From positions 34,968,001-35,032,000 of the forward strand of contig OX597828.1 of the NCBI GenBank assembly GCA_951406725.2: 64,000 bases of DNA, written 5' to 3'. Below the pieces are notes generated by a model. It did not search any database. It was not told the DNA's origin and saw nothing but the letters and a program-made list of their open reading frames with translations. This document shows, piece after piece, positions 1 through 13,188 of the stretch. The first letter of the stretch is position 1, and every line of letters begins with the position of its first letter. The stretch comes from Octopus vulgaris (taxonomy: Eukaryota). A program made the translations under genes and the position numbers.

Positions 1-202
1 CACACACACACATTCAAACACACTCATACTTAGTTTGACATAAACAAACTACGGTCTTCTTTCTCACTCTACCAAATTCACTTACAATGCTTCCGTTACC
101 CGGGGCTATAGTAGAAGACATTTAGGGTGCTACGCAGTAGAAATAAACTGAAACTATATGACTGGGAAACAAACTTCTGGTTACACAGCCATGCCTGCGT
201 CT
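1..202 (-). mobile_element. SINE family A, diverged 5' half (tRNA-like head plus CORE-like segment)
   Basis: Reverse complement matches the head of the copy at 48453 (..caggcatggctgtgt.., tgtcttctactatagccccggg, gaatttggtag). Confidence 0.7.
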
Positions 203-377
203 ATATGTGTGTGTTTATGTATTTATGTATGTATGTTGTATATGTAAGCACACATGCATGTATGTATGCATGTACGTAGACTTATATATGCATGTATGTA
301 TGTATGTATGTATGTATGTATGTATGTATGTATGTATGTATGTTTATGTGTATGTATGTGTGTGTGTGAGTGTTTTC

Positions 378-638
378 TTTTCTTTTACATGCTTCAGTCA
401 TCTGATTGCGGCAATGCTGGAGTACCGTCTTCAATGGGTTTTTTTTTAGTCGAAGATATCGACCCCAGAACTTATTCTTTGTAAGCCTAGTACTTATGCT
501 ATCGGTCGTTTTCGCCGAACCGCTAAGTTATGGGGACGTAAACACACCAACATCGATTGACAAGTGATGGCGGGGTGGAGGGCAAACACAGACATACACA
601 CATAAATATATATATATACGACGGGCTTATAACACACT

Positions 639-696
<58 letters not shown>

Positions 697-845
697 CACG
701 ACATGCTTCTTTCAGTTTCCGTCTACCAAATCCCCTAACAGGGCCTTGGTTGGCCCGAGGCTATGATAGAAGACATTTTCCCAAGGGGCCACGTAACCAT
801 GTGGTTGGGAAGCGAGCTTCTTACAATACAGCCACGCCTGCGCCT
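378..845 (-). mobile_element. SINE family A, near full length with expanded internal (TA)n
   Basis: Colinear with 48453-48850: tail ttttacatgcttcagtca, gccgaaccgctaagtta, ctttcagtttccgtctaccaaatcc, head gccacgcctgcgcct. Confidence 0.85.
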
Positions 846-2062
846 GCATGTATGTGTGTATGTATTCATTTACTTGTTTCATTCATTGGAATGCAGCCAT
901 GCTGGGTTTGCTGGGTCACCACCTTCAAGTGCTTAGTCGACCAAATCGACTCCAGTATGTTGTCTTCTTTTTTCAACTTGGCAGTGGGCGGGGGCGGTTT
1001 CCGTGGATTAAGGTTGGCCATTGATCTGTACATGTACATGTCGCATTCACAAGTCATTTTGAGGAAGTCTGGCTGTTAACTATATATGCAAATGTCTCCG
1101 TTACGATGCCACGATGTTATCGGAGTGAAAGGCCGCCAACTTTAGTCGCTACATCCAGGTGCCGATGTTGTCCGAAGACATTGCTGTCGGAAAGTAAAGA
1201 GCCGGAACAAATACCACGTGGTATTTTACTTCGCCCTCTAACTATTCCCGCTCTGAATTGCTATTTTCTTTCATCGATCCCGAAAGGTTGAACGGTAAAG
1301 TGAACTTAGGCGGGATTTGAACACAAATCAGAAATATTTGAAACAGATACCGGGAAGCTTTCTAACTAACACTTTAACCACTCTACTAATTCACCGCCTT
1401 ACAGTAATCTAACTTCTTTCTACAACAGACAACAATTGACTGCAATAAACTAACTTTATCTTTCGGTCAGTCTTGACTCTCGGTGGAACGAAAAACATAA
1501 GCTGAGATCCGAAAATATCAATTTATTGCAATCAGTTCAGAGTTTGTTTATACTCGTAACCATATCATTATCTTGTTGTCTGAAGAGGGATTCCATGGAA
1601 ATCAATATATACTGTGCAGAGAATAAATACAATGTCCGCTTTTGTTCCTTTCATATGCAACTAAACAAGGAAAGTCGACAAATGCTTTAAAAGCTTATGG
1701 AGCGTACAGTCTATAGAGTCTAGGCTATATAAATTCGCAAAAGAAAAAAAAGTTTATTCATCTTACGTATGCAGAAGCACACACGCGTTACATTTCTATT
1801 AAATTACACGTGAATGTGGTTGCCGCATCTATTAAAAAGCATGTAACACAGTACGGACATATGTAACACCTTTTACATATGCAACACCACATACACGTTA
1901 CATTAACACATTAGAAAGATAACTATAGTGGTCACGTCCATTAGAAGGCATCTCAACAGTTGCCAGTGTATACAAATTCAGGTCTCTATTCTAGTTGAGA
2001 TTAAAGACAGCCAGTAAAGGAAACAAAATATAATGGAAGTTGTGGTGATCTTTGTCGGACTG

Positions 2063-2065
<3 letters not shown>

Positions 2066-2140
<75 letters not shown>
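2066..2140. repeat. (GA)n microsatellite
   Basis: Perfect GA run. Confidence 0.95.
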
Positions 2141-2143
<3 letters not shown>

Positions 2144-2149
2144 TGATAG

Positions 2150-2552
2150 AATTCTGATGGCTTGGTTATGTACATAAGAAATTCACTCCGGATTCGTGGT
2201 TTTAGGTTCAGTTCAAATGCAGGGTACCTAGATGAAGGGTCTGCTACTTTCACTCTGGCCCAATTTTGTGAATGATTTCGGAATGGAAACTGTGGAAATC
2301 TATCACGTGTGTGTGTGTATGTGTGAATATATTATATGTGTGTCTGTGCGTATGTGTGTGCTTGTCTCTCCCGCTTGACAACCGCTGCTGGTGTGTATGC
2401 TCCCCTGTGAATTAGCATTTCGGCAAAAAGAGGTCTATTGAATAAGTACCAGACTCTAAGTAGTGAAGTCCATTTGATCGACTAAATCTTTCAATGAGGT
2501 GATCCAGCATGGCCGTAGCCCGGAGACTAAAACAAGTTAAAGAATAAAAGAA
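2150..2552 (+). mobile_element. Old SINE family A copy
   Basis: ggaaactgtggaa, cgcttgacaaccg, ttcggcaaaaagag, aataagtacc, ccagcatggccg and tail aaacaagttaaagaataaaagaa occur in family order. Confidence 0.7.
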
Positions 2553-3050
2553 TAACAAAATGAAAAAAAATAACAAGAAGTAAGTTTGCCGCGAGGAAAA
2601 GGGTATTTTTTTAAGAGGAAATCTTTCAAAGGTAGCCAGCGCATTGCATTGAAGAAACTGAAACGAAATGATTTATAGTAAATAATTAATGATGCGAGTC
2701 AGAGAAAAAGAGTTACTCTTAAAAGGAAGTTGTGGCTATAATTAAATCTCAATTCAGGATTGAAACTAAATTCTTGTACTTCTATTACGTTTCGTAATGT
2801 AAACAGCTCCACCCCCTCATTTGTATGTCGTGTGACATTCATTTCTGATTTGTCTTTAATGAGAAATCGATTTTATTATGTAGCTTTTCTGATGAAAAGT
2901 AACTTTCTTCGGGTGTCAACGAGACGTTTCAATAAAACCATTTCTCCGCGGCCTTGCTCAATTTTGTTCTCTTTTTCAGTGGTTGACTCAGCACCACTTC
3001 ACCTCATAGACACCTAAAAGTTGTATAATCTCAGCCTACAATTTGGGATT

Positions 3051-3312
3051 CATAACTTTGGTGCTATGTGCAGTTATAACCTGATGCGGAATCCTAGTCG
3101 TAACATTATGTGGTGTGGTATCGTTTAGATTGTGTGTAGAGACGAGTCATAGACTGTACATTATGTGAAGACATAACCTTTACTTTACGTGGAGTTCTAC
3201 CCTCTGCATTATGTAGGGCCATAATCTATACAATATCTGGAATCATAAACTGCACGTTATGTGGAGTTCCGATCTACGCATTTTAAGGAGTTGTAACTTG
3301 AACATTATTGTG
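3051..3312. repeat. Degenerate 24-bp minisatellite (consensus approx. CATAACCTGTACATTATGTGGAGT)
   Basis: Consecutive 24-nt units such as catagactgtacattatgtgaaga, cataacctttactttacgtggagt, cataatctatacaatatctggaat, cataaactgcacgttatgtggagt. Confidence 0.8.
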
Positions 3313-3574
3313 AAATGGAATCATTACTATGAAACAAATAATATCATAATTCTTCAACTGACCAACGCTTCCACTTTGAACATCTAATATACCTGTTCTG
3401 ACATTGTATTTTGCCCAATATCAACTTCATGATAAACTGTTGCTCTTATTCCTGAACTTCTTCATAATCTATTTTCGTTCTTGTACTTTTTCTTTTGGAG
3501 TTCTTAACCCCACCACCTCTTTCGTATATTTTCACAATTATTTCTCATTTATACGTCTCTCCTTTCCTTCTGGT

Positions 3575-3788
3575 TTTAAATTTTGCCACGAGGCTTGCAA
3601 TTTAGGGGACAGGCAGAAGCATCTGACATCGATCCCAGTGTTCAACTGATACTTATTTTATCGAGCCCGAAGGTATGACAGGCAAAGTCGACCTCGGCGG
3701 AATTAGAACTCAGACGAACGCAAAGACGGACGAAATGCCGCTAGGCATTTTGTACGGCGTGCTAACGATTCTGCCAGCTCACCGCGCT
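3575..3788 (-). mobile_element. SINE family B
   Basis: ggcaaagtcgacctcggcggaattagaactcag ... gctaacgattctgccagctcaccgc is the reverse complement of the family B head and core. Confidence 0.85.
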
Positions 3789-5469
3789 TTTCTCGCCATT
3801 CATCAAATACATTTCCTTTTTCTGTAGAATCTTCTCTCGTTCTGTCTTTTATCTCCCTACTACACCTTCTTATGTTCACCCTCCTCTTATTTCTATGTCA
3901 CCCCTTCCGCCATTTCATTTATTCACTCTCTCACACGCTCTCTCTTTCTCTCTCTCTCTCCTTCTTTTTCTTCCCTTCATCCGCCACATTTATGAAACGT
4001 TAATTGATTCTGTTCACATCCATTATGAAATTTATCTTATCTTTCATAGAATTTAGCAGGAAACGGTGAGAAAAGATCTCTTACTCTGTCCACCTCTCCG
4101 TCTTCCCATTCAAAAACTGGGACATTAATAAAAGAAAACCCGTTCTTTTCTTCTGCAAACGCTTTTCTTTGTGGTCTTTTTTTTTTGGCTTATAATTCAT
4201 CGTTATTAATTATTATTATCATTACTTTTTTTCTTTTCCTTTTTCTTTTTTACTTATTTCGTTCGATGTTTTATTCTATAACTACGGATGGGAAATGTTA
4301 ATGTTGACAAGTTTAATTGATCTTTTATTTATTTATTTGGTTTTTTATATATATTTTTCTTTTTGCCCCTGTCGTACTTTCTTGCTCCCTTTAACGCCTC
4401 CAATTATAATGTTCGTTCTTCCTATCTTAACCAGTACTTCTACCATGCCTTTGCTCACCTTCTTATTCCATCTCTTCTTCCTATTCTTTCGCCTTGTCCT
4501 CATTCAAGAATTTCATTAAGCAACAAAACGTAATTTGAAGAAAAAAGCAAAGAAAAAAAAAAACAGAAGAAAGAGGCGGAAAAGAATTAAAATAAAAAAG
4601 CAATGAATTTAAAGAAAAGAAAAATGGCGGAGGAATTGATAGCGACGTGTGTACCTCGCAAGATTTGAACAATATTGGAAATCTTTTTTGATTGGAGGTC
4701 AACAGTTGTCATGATCTGAAAATGGTGTTGTCTCTTTGAATTTTCTGTGATTTCTTCGCCTTTAACGAACTCCATAACATCAACCACCACCATAGAAAAA
4801 AAAACAATAACCATGTACTCGCATTCCTTTACTTTCTGTATATGTGTGTGTGTATATATGTATATGCGTGTGTGTGTGTATTCGTGTGTATTTGCATGTG
4901 TGCGTGTGTCCGTATGTGCGTGTTTGCGCATATGTATATTTATGTATATGTGTGTGTGTGTCTCGAAAAATATTGTATAGCTGTATTTGCTCTAGCTCTC
5001 TACGTTTTGAATTCAAACCGCACCTTCATCAGATTTACATTTCATCCTTCCTGGCTCGATAAAACATGTACCAGTCATGTACTGGGGTAGATAATGTCAA
5101 CTTAAACACCCTCTTCCCTTAAAAACGCTGGGTACGTTTTGTTTACCACATAGGCAGTCATCGTAATTATTATTTTGTCTTGTTGTTGAGAGAGGCTCCC
5201 TCTCTTTTCCAATGAGAAGATTGCAGCTTACACCGTTTATTCCTTTGGAATAAAACCATGTTGTCTTCGAAACATATGTCGAGAGTAAAGGAATTTTGTT
5301 AACATCTTCGTTCAACTCCATTTATTTATTTATTCATATATAACACACAAATTTCTGCACATGAACCCGGAGTTTCAACCGTTTTTCTGACGTGAATTTG
5401 CTACCCTGGTATCGGTTCATCGAATTTTCCATGTTGACGGTAAACATAGGATAATTCATTCACCTATCG

Positions 5470-5506
<37 letters not shown>

Positions 5507-5514
5507 AATACATA

Positions 5515-5628
5515 CATACGCTGAAAAGTTCCTGGTTTTAATGGTATAAAATGGAATAACATCATAATTAACTAATCCGCCTGGATTTTCTTTTACACAA
5601 ACCCAGGAAGTTTTTTGCATCCCCTCGT
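5515..5628. mobile_element. Short deletion derivative of the mariner-type MITE at 37016
   Basis: gctgaaaagttcctggtttt ... atcataattaact ... aaacccaggaagttttttgcatcccctcg; inverted ends and internal sequence shared with 37016-37230. Confidence 0.65.
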
Positions 5629-5637
5629 GTGCACACG

Positions 5638-5726
<89 letters not shown>

Positions 5727-5774
5727 TTCATGATATATATATACACACCTAAAGACAAACAATTAAGTAAAGGA

Positions 5775-5927
5775 ACTGGATAAAATTCTGGTACTTATTT
5801 AATCGACCTCGAAAGAATGAAAGGCAAAGTCGATCTCAGCGGAATTTGAACTCAGAACGTAAAGACAGGCGAAATACTGCTAAGCATTTCGCTCAGCGTG
5901 CTAACGTTTCTGCCACCTCGCCGCCTT
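5775..5927 (-). mobile_element. SINE family B, head and core
   Basis: gaatgaaaggcaaagtcgatctcagcggaatttgaactcag ... ctgccacctcgccgcc. Confidence 0.85.
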
Positions 5928-5934
5928 TTAAAAA

Positions 5935-6702
5935 GAATCTATTCTACTCTAGGACAAGGTCCGAAATTTTTGGAGAGAGAGCTAATCGATTAGATTGACC
6001 CCAGTGCGAAACTGGTACTTAATTTATAGACCCTGAAAGAATGAAAGGCAAAGTCGACCTCGGTAGAATTTGAACTCAGAACGTAAAGACAGACGAAATA
6101 CCTATTTCTTTACTACCTAAAGAGGGATAAACACAGAGAGGACAAACAAGGACAGACAAACGGATTAAGTCGATTAGATCGACCCCAGTACGCAGCTGGT
6201 ACTTAATTTATCGACACCGAAAGGATGAAAGGCAAAGTCGACCTCGGTAGAATTTGAACTCAGAACGTAAAGACAGACGAAATACCTATTTCTTTACTAC
6301 CCAAAGAGGGATAAACACAGAGAGGACAAACAAGGACAGACAAACGGATTAAGTCGATTAGATCGACCCCAGTACGCAGCTGGTACTTAATTTATCGACA
6401 CCGAAAGGATGAAAGGCAAAGTCGACCTCGGTAGAATTTGAACTCAGAACGTAAAGACAGACGAAATACCTATTTCTTTACTACCCAAAGAGGGATAAAC
6501 ACAGAGAGGACAAACAAGGACAGACAAACGGATTAAGTCGATTAGATCGACCCCAGTACGCAGCTGGTACTTAATTTATCGACACCGAAAGGATGAAAGG
6601 CAAAGTCGACCTCGGCGGAATTTGAACTCAGATCGTAACGCCAGACGAAATACGGCTACGCATTTCGCCCGGCGTGCTAACGATTCTGCCAGCTCGCCGC
6701 CC
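5935..6702 (-). mobile_element. SINE family B tandem multimer (one head, four bodies, 184-bp period)
   Basis: Junction gaaatacc|tatttc at 6103, 6287 and 6471; single head at 6650-6702; the terminal unit carries a different tail (tctactctaggacaaggtccgaaattt). Confidence 0.92.
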
Positions 6703-7318
6703 TAACTGCATAAAATTAACTGCATGAAGACCATTCTTACACCCAAACACCTTGACGAAGCGAAATGAAACTCGTAGAGAGATAGACATGTGGAGAACAT
6801 GGGAAACAAAAACAAAACAGAAAAGAAGAAAACAGAAGGATCGACGTAAATGCATGGAGTGCCAATTAGTGAGGGCCTCAGTCTTGGAATTCACTAGGGG
6901 GTCCTGCCAGTACTGCAAACAATATTCGGAATTACAGAAAACATATTTCTATAATATTATATATTAGATGTAAGTTGTGTATATGTATACGTGCATGTGT
7001 GTATGTGCGTGTACGTATGTGCAAGAGCGAGAGTGAGAGAGAGAGAGAGAGACAGAGAGGAAATTAGTTATCTTCTATATCAAAGAACAAAAAAACAAAA
7101 CCTGCGTTCAGTGTGCTTTGTGATAATAAGTGGAGTATTTTTGGGTGTAACACACGAGAAGCGGACTTGGACATCCACGACCCAGCATGCATGCGAGCAA
7201 TTGTTCACACACACACACACACATATATACACACACTGGCTTACACACGCGTCAATACACACACAAACACCACGCACGCACATACGCACCGTGAGCGTGC
7301 ACACACATATAACGCTCT

Positions 7319-7378
<60 letters not shown>

Positions 7379-7482
7379 TATATCTATAAAACTCCTGTAA
7401 TTTGTTGATAGACAGATATTAGAGAACGAGAGAAAGTGCGAAGAGAAGAAGAGATGGAGAGCTGATTTGTGTTAAGAGACTA

Positions 7483-7483
7483 T

Positions 7484-7516
<33 letters not shown>

Positions 7517-7537
7517 CACACATACATATATATATGT

Positions 7538-7571
<34 letters not shown>

Positions 7572-7798
7572 GTATGTATATATATGTCTATATATACAAA
7601 TGTGTGTGTGTGTGTGTGTATGTATATATATATATATGTATGTATGTATATACATATATATATATATATACGTATGTGTGTGTATGTATATATATGTATG
7701 TATTATGTATGTATTTATGTATGCATGTCTGTGTGTAGCAGGAGTGTGGGGGAGACGGAGAGAGAAAGAGAGAGAGATAGAAAGAAATTGATAGAGAT

Positions 7799-7830
<32 letters not shown>

Positions 7831-7860
7831 TGAAAGAGAGAGAAAGAGAGAGAAATATAT
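7483..7860. repeat. Compound (CA)/(TA)/(TG)/(GA) microsatellite field
   Basis: Direct reading; source of the spurious YI/CV/ER ORFs. Confidence 0.9.
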
Positions 7861-8734
7861 AAAATAACTGGCAAAGGAAAACAGAGAAAACAGTTGGAAA
7901 ATGGTAGCGACAAAGACGAAGAGTTAAAAGGAAGGATGAAAGAGTTTGAAGTATAAGAGAGAAAAGAAGAGGAAGAAAGAGAGAGCGAAAAGAGGGAGAA
8001 AACGAAAGTGGGGGATAAGAGAGAATGGGAGAAGCGGGGGTAGAGAGGAAGAGAGAGAGAACACTGATTGGTTTATTCTAAGCATCCATATGTCAAAATG
8101 ACGACAGAATGGTTTAGTGAATAACCAACAGAAATAGATCTTTCTTGTATTTATAGCAAACATTGTTTAAATATTTCGTTATTTTTTCTCTTTTTTTTTC
8201 TAATTTTCTGTGAATTATTCGCTGTTTGTTTGTTTTTTCTTCTTCTTCGTATCTCACTTATAATATTGCCTTATGCTTCTCTGGGTGTTGTTGTCTAGGT
8301 TATGCGTATTGTTGGTCTTGTTGTTGTTGTTTAGTTGCAGGTCAATCTTGATTGAGCAGATAAACCTATGATCAAAGGCATGTATATATATATAATTATG
8401 TCTGTTTGTACATGTATGTATATATATATATATAAGTATATATGTTTGTACATGTATGCATATATATATATATATTTATGCATATATATGTGTGTGTGTG
8501 TGCGTGTGCGCGCGTATATATTATATATATGTATGTGTATAGGTATATATTTGTATACAAATACATGTATGTATATATTTATCTCCCCGTCTCTCCCTCC
8601 CTCTCTTTATATATATACGTACAGACAATGTATGTGTGTGTGTGTTTGGGTGCGTGCGTGTGTATAGTCTAGTTCTGTAACAAATAATGGCCAAATCTTC
8701 CTCAGATCAAATCATACATAGACTTAAATGTGTC

Positions 8735-9005
8735 ATGAACCCTGGGACTCATAAGGCCTGAGATCAACCCGGTTCCTATGGCGTATAACTAACTGAGATC
8801 GCAACACAACCTCGTGAACGGTTGCCAGCCGATTGCGGAGTTAACTTCGCAGCATTTCCTGGAACTCATTTACAGTTGAGGGGACTGGAGCAGTCAATGA
8901 AATGAAGTGTTTTGCTCAATAACGCAACGAACCACCCGGCCTTCGTATTTAAACCAGGATCTTACGATGCGAGTACAACGCCCTTATTACTAAGCCATGT
9001 GCCTA
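8735..9005 (-). mobile_element. SINE family D head and core with tail type X
   Basis: Reverse complement reads ggcacatggcttagt..., ttgagcaaaacacttcatttca, gctccagtcc, then tatacgccataggaaccggg...ggccttatgag shared with 19102. Confidence 0.65.
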
Positions 9006-9420
9006 TTGGTTATAGAGTTCCACTCACAATCGGAAGCCCACGTCTTTAAAATTTCGTCTTTTAAAAGAGAAAGGCACATGACATTAAATGTGGGTGCTTA
9101 TTGTTGCTTCAAAAAATGATACATAAAAAATATGGTTATTGTCTGAATGCCTTTAATCATATGCTTGTTAAATCAGGGCCGATATCAAATAAAATCAAGG
9201 TTGATATCAAGCAAGTGGTAAAAATTAATGAAATCTCAAAAGATTTTAATGTATTGCCAAGAAAAATCAGTGATTACTTCTCTCTCTCTCACTGCGCTGT
9301 TATTGTATTTTTAATACCAGATATGTACTGAGCAAGCAGGCATGTGACTTGTGATCAAAGACTCCATATTCGTGATCACCTTGTTTTTTCTTTATGTTTT
9401 ATTTTAGACTTAGTATACTC

Positions 9421-9570
9421 TTTTACTCTTTTACTCTTTTACTTGTTTCAGTCATTTGACTGTGGCCATGCTGGAGCACCGCCTTTAGTACTTATTCTAT
9501 CGGTCTCTTTTTGCCGAACCGCTAGGTGACGGGGACGTAAACACACCAGCATCGGTTGTCAAGGGGACAA

Positions 9571-9604
<34 letters not shown>

Positions 9605-9782
9605 ATATACATATATACGACAGGCTTCTTTCAGTTTCCGTTTACCAAATCCACTTACAAGGCATTGGTCGGCCCGGGGCTATAGGCAGAAGACACTTGC
9701 CCAAGATGCCACGCAGTGGGACTGAACCCGGAACCATGTGGTTGGTTAGCAAGCTATTTACCACACAGCCACTCCTGCGCCT
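9421..9782 (-). mobile_element. SINE family A, young copy
   Basis: High similarity to 48453-48850; (TAAAAGAG)n tail; short internal deletion. Confidence 0.92.
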
Positions 9783-10339
9783 ATATATGATTAAATTATC
9801 CAATGAGTCCTGCTTTTTTTTAAAGACAGTAGCGCACGATTTGAAGGAAGATATTTTTGCAGTTTTATATCTTTCATGTCAGAAGTAATATGTAAACAAT
9901 GTTAGGTTAGCTCATGACTTTAACTTACTCTGTGGCATAAAAGAACAGTAATCTCGTTTCGGAGATCACTGCAACCAGTGAAACGATTCTTTAAATAATA
10001 TTGGAATTTGGCTGTGAGCAATAGCTAAGAATGAAGAGGTCAAAGAAAGTTCAAACATGAATATTGATGATCTCGTGGAACAGCCCGGTGTTCAAGCCTA
10101 AGTGAAATTTATGTGGGGCCTTTTAAGTGGGTGGGGCTGGCGCTAGAGGCTTTTTACTGATGCTCGCCATTTTATTTATCTAAGCAAATTACTTTAGATG
10201 GCGGATTCAGATAACTGCATTATAGCATTTTTCTAGCTGAACCATATACATTCCCTCCTCGCCGCCCACCACCGATTTTCCCATCCATTTTTCATTTATT
10301 GACATTAGCGATGCATTGTCTGTAGTTGTTTTACAGCTG

Positions 10340-10480
10340 TTCCTGGTGCTACAACTACTGCTGGTACTGCTACTCCTCCTCCTCCTCCTACTACTACTAC
10401 TACTACTACTACTTATAATAATAACAACAACAATAATAATAACAATAATAGCAACAGCAAAAACAACAACAATACTAATA

Positions 10481-10516
<36 letters not shown>

Positions 10517-10520
10517 GTGA
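10340..10520. repeat. Compound trinucleotide run (CCT/ACT/AAT/AAC/GAT)
   Basis: Direct reading. Confidence 0.9.
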
Positions 10521-11589
10521 TTTCGAATTTTGGCAGAAGGCCAGCAATTTTGAGGGTAGGGGTAAGTCGATTACATCAACCCCAGGGCTCAAAAACCACA
10601 TAATTTATTTTATCGACCCCAAAAGCATGAATGGCAAAGTTGACCCCCACTCCACCCCACCCACGGAATTTGAACTCAGAAGAACAAGAAGAAGATTGCT
10701 GTTGTCTTATTTATTTAGATAGTTGTTGTATCTTAGCCTTAGGATATCTATATTCAAAGACATTCCACATATGACCTTCCAATGTTTTTTTAGACTGTTA
10801 CAAGGATTATCTTTATTTTTAGAGTAATGATCTGAGGGGCGCTTGACAGCTATTTCTAGCAGATCCAGCAGCTACGTTGAAGCTGCCACTTTGATTCATG
10901 CATTAAACAATTGTTAATATTGCTTACCACTATGACTGACCTACTTCAGAAAGCCTTCCAGCCATGCCCATCTCATCTTACATTTAGGCACAATGTAGAT
11001 AGGACCAACGTCCTTAATTTTTAAAACTATAAAGTGTGATTTAAGGAAGATTTTTTTACTGCTTTTTTCTACGATTATCGATCGACAACTGAGAGCTTTA
11101 ATCATTGGTTCGTGTTATAGACAGCTGAATGGAATAACGTTTACTAATTAGAATGGAGTGATATGTCGAAACAAGGAAAGAACTGTACGTCCACCACTTC
11201 ATGCATTTTCCACAAGGGACATTATGTGTGTGTGTGTGTGCGTGTGTGTGTGTGCGTGTATAAATGTATGTGTGTGTAAGTATGTCTAAAATATGCTTTC
11301 TTTTACTTGTTTCAATCATTAGACTGTGCTCCAGCTGGGGCACCGCCTTCGTATATGTAGGTATATGTATAGTAAATCATATTGATTTCACAATCACTAT
11401 GCTCCTCTTACAAGATGAATCAAAAACATATAAAAGGACTAAAGAAATGAAAAACAAATGCACTGACGAAACCACACCGGCGAAACGTTGTGTCCATTAT
11501 CATGTTTTAAAAATAAATTTGATATTCTGTCTTAATGTATTTGTCGATCCTCCAAGAAGTGTGTGACGATATCTTTATGTGTCAATACA

Positions 11590-12085
11590 AATTATGTGCG
11601 TGGGTGTGTGCATATACGTGTGTGTCTGTGTCTGTGTGTGCGTTTGTATGTATGTGTATGTTTGTGTGTGTGTGTTTATGCGTGTGTTTGTGTGTGTTTG
11701 TGTGTGTGTGCGTATGTATGTATGAATGAATGAATGAATGTATGTATGTATGTATGTAGGTATGTGTGTGTGTATGTTTGTGTGTGTGTGTGCCTTTGTA
11801 TGTATGTATGTGTTTGAGTGTGTGCTTGTGTGCGTGTGTGTGTATCTTTGTGTGTGTGTGTTTATGCGTGTGTTTGTGTGTGTTTGTGTGTGTGTGCGTA
11901 TGTATGTATGAATGAATGTATGTATGTATGTATGTAGGTATGTATGTAGGTATGTGTGTGTGTGTTTGTGTGTGTGTTTGGGTGTGTGCGTATGTATGTA
12001 TGAATGAATGTATGTATGTATGTATGTATGTATGTAGGTAGGTATGTGTGTGTGTGTATTTGTGTGTGTGTGTGTGTTTGTGTGT
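11590..12085. repeat. Higher-order TG/TATG/GAAT microsatellite with about three duplicated cassettes
   Basis: Cassette gtgtgcgtatgtatgtatgaatgaatg...tatgtaggta recurs near 11710, 11895 and 11988. Confidence 0.85.
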
Positions 12086-12359
12086 CTACTGAAATTAAGA
12101 GGATCTCGGCGTCGATTTCTTTGGCATTCAATCCATACAGCTCCATGACCCTTTTCATTTCTTAAGACTCGGCACTGAAGCAGTGGCATTCTAAGGGACG
12201 GGCTAAGGGATGGTATCGAATGCAAAGTCGTCGATTGTTTATTTTATCGATTAGCATGAGATGAAAGACAAAGTCGGCACAGAGCAGTATCGACTGGATT
12301 GCCAATCCTATTGGAAAGTACTGCGTAAAAAGGATTTTAAAGGGCATCGGTTGTGGGAC

Positions 12360-12465
12360 CGGTGGTGCTGATGATAATGGTGATGATGGTGATGATCGGT
12401 TGGTGGTGGTGGTGGTGAGCGATGATGGTAGCGATGGTAATTGTGATTATGATGGTAGTGATGGC

Positions 12466-12496
<31 letters not shown>

Positions 12497-13005
12497 GCGG
12501 TGGTGATGATGAAGGTGATTGTGATGATAGGGGTGGTTGTAAATCAGGTGATAGTGGTGGTGGTGGTGGTGGTGGTGGTAGCAATGGTAATGGTGATTAT
12601 GATGGTACTGATGGTAATGCTGATGATGATGGTGGTGGTGATTGTAGTTATGGTGGTGATGGTGATGCAGATGGTGGTTTTGAAGAAGTGGTGTTTGTGG
12701 TGATGGCGATGATGATGGCTGTGGTGATGCTGAGATAATGTGGTGGCGATGACGACGACGACGACGACGACAACGATGATGATCATGTTGATGATGGTCA
12801 TAATGATGATAATAGTGACGTCAAAGATGACATCTGGTAGACTGGTGTTAAAAAAAGGGGGAATGATGTTGACAGTGATGATGATGATGACGAGACGACG
12901 ACGATGACGACGTTGATGTAGAGCAATGAGGTAGACGATGTTCGGATCGACTGAATTATAAATGATAACGGGGATAAAAAAAATGGCGATGATGAAGATG
13001 ATAAC
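12360..13005. repeat. GAT/GGT/GAC low-complexity trinucleotide region
   Basis: Direct reading; open in several frames on both strands. Confidence 0.9.
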
Positions 13006-13086
13006 ACATTTTAGATTGAGGTAGTGTTCGTTGGTTCGCTGGTTGGTTTTATTATTTTGCTAGGCGGTCAATCACGCGCTCGCACA

Positions 13087-13134
<48 letters not shown>

Positions 13135-13149
13135 CACGCACACACACAA

Positions 13150-13188
<39 letters not shown>

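Noticed and set aside
2885-2935. CTGATGA followed by an aaag/cttt stem
   Set aside because: No GAAA box after the stem, so not a hammerhead.
5935-6702. Regular repeats suggestive of CRISPR
   Set aside because: No unique spacers, 184-bp units are SINE bodies, eukaryotic context, no cas genes.
12400-12801. Gly/Asp-rich acidic ORF resembling a biomineral or structural protein
   Set aside because: Overlapping frames on both strands are equally open; explained by GAT/GGT low complexity.
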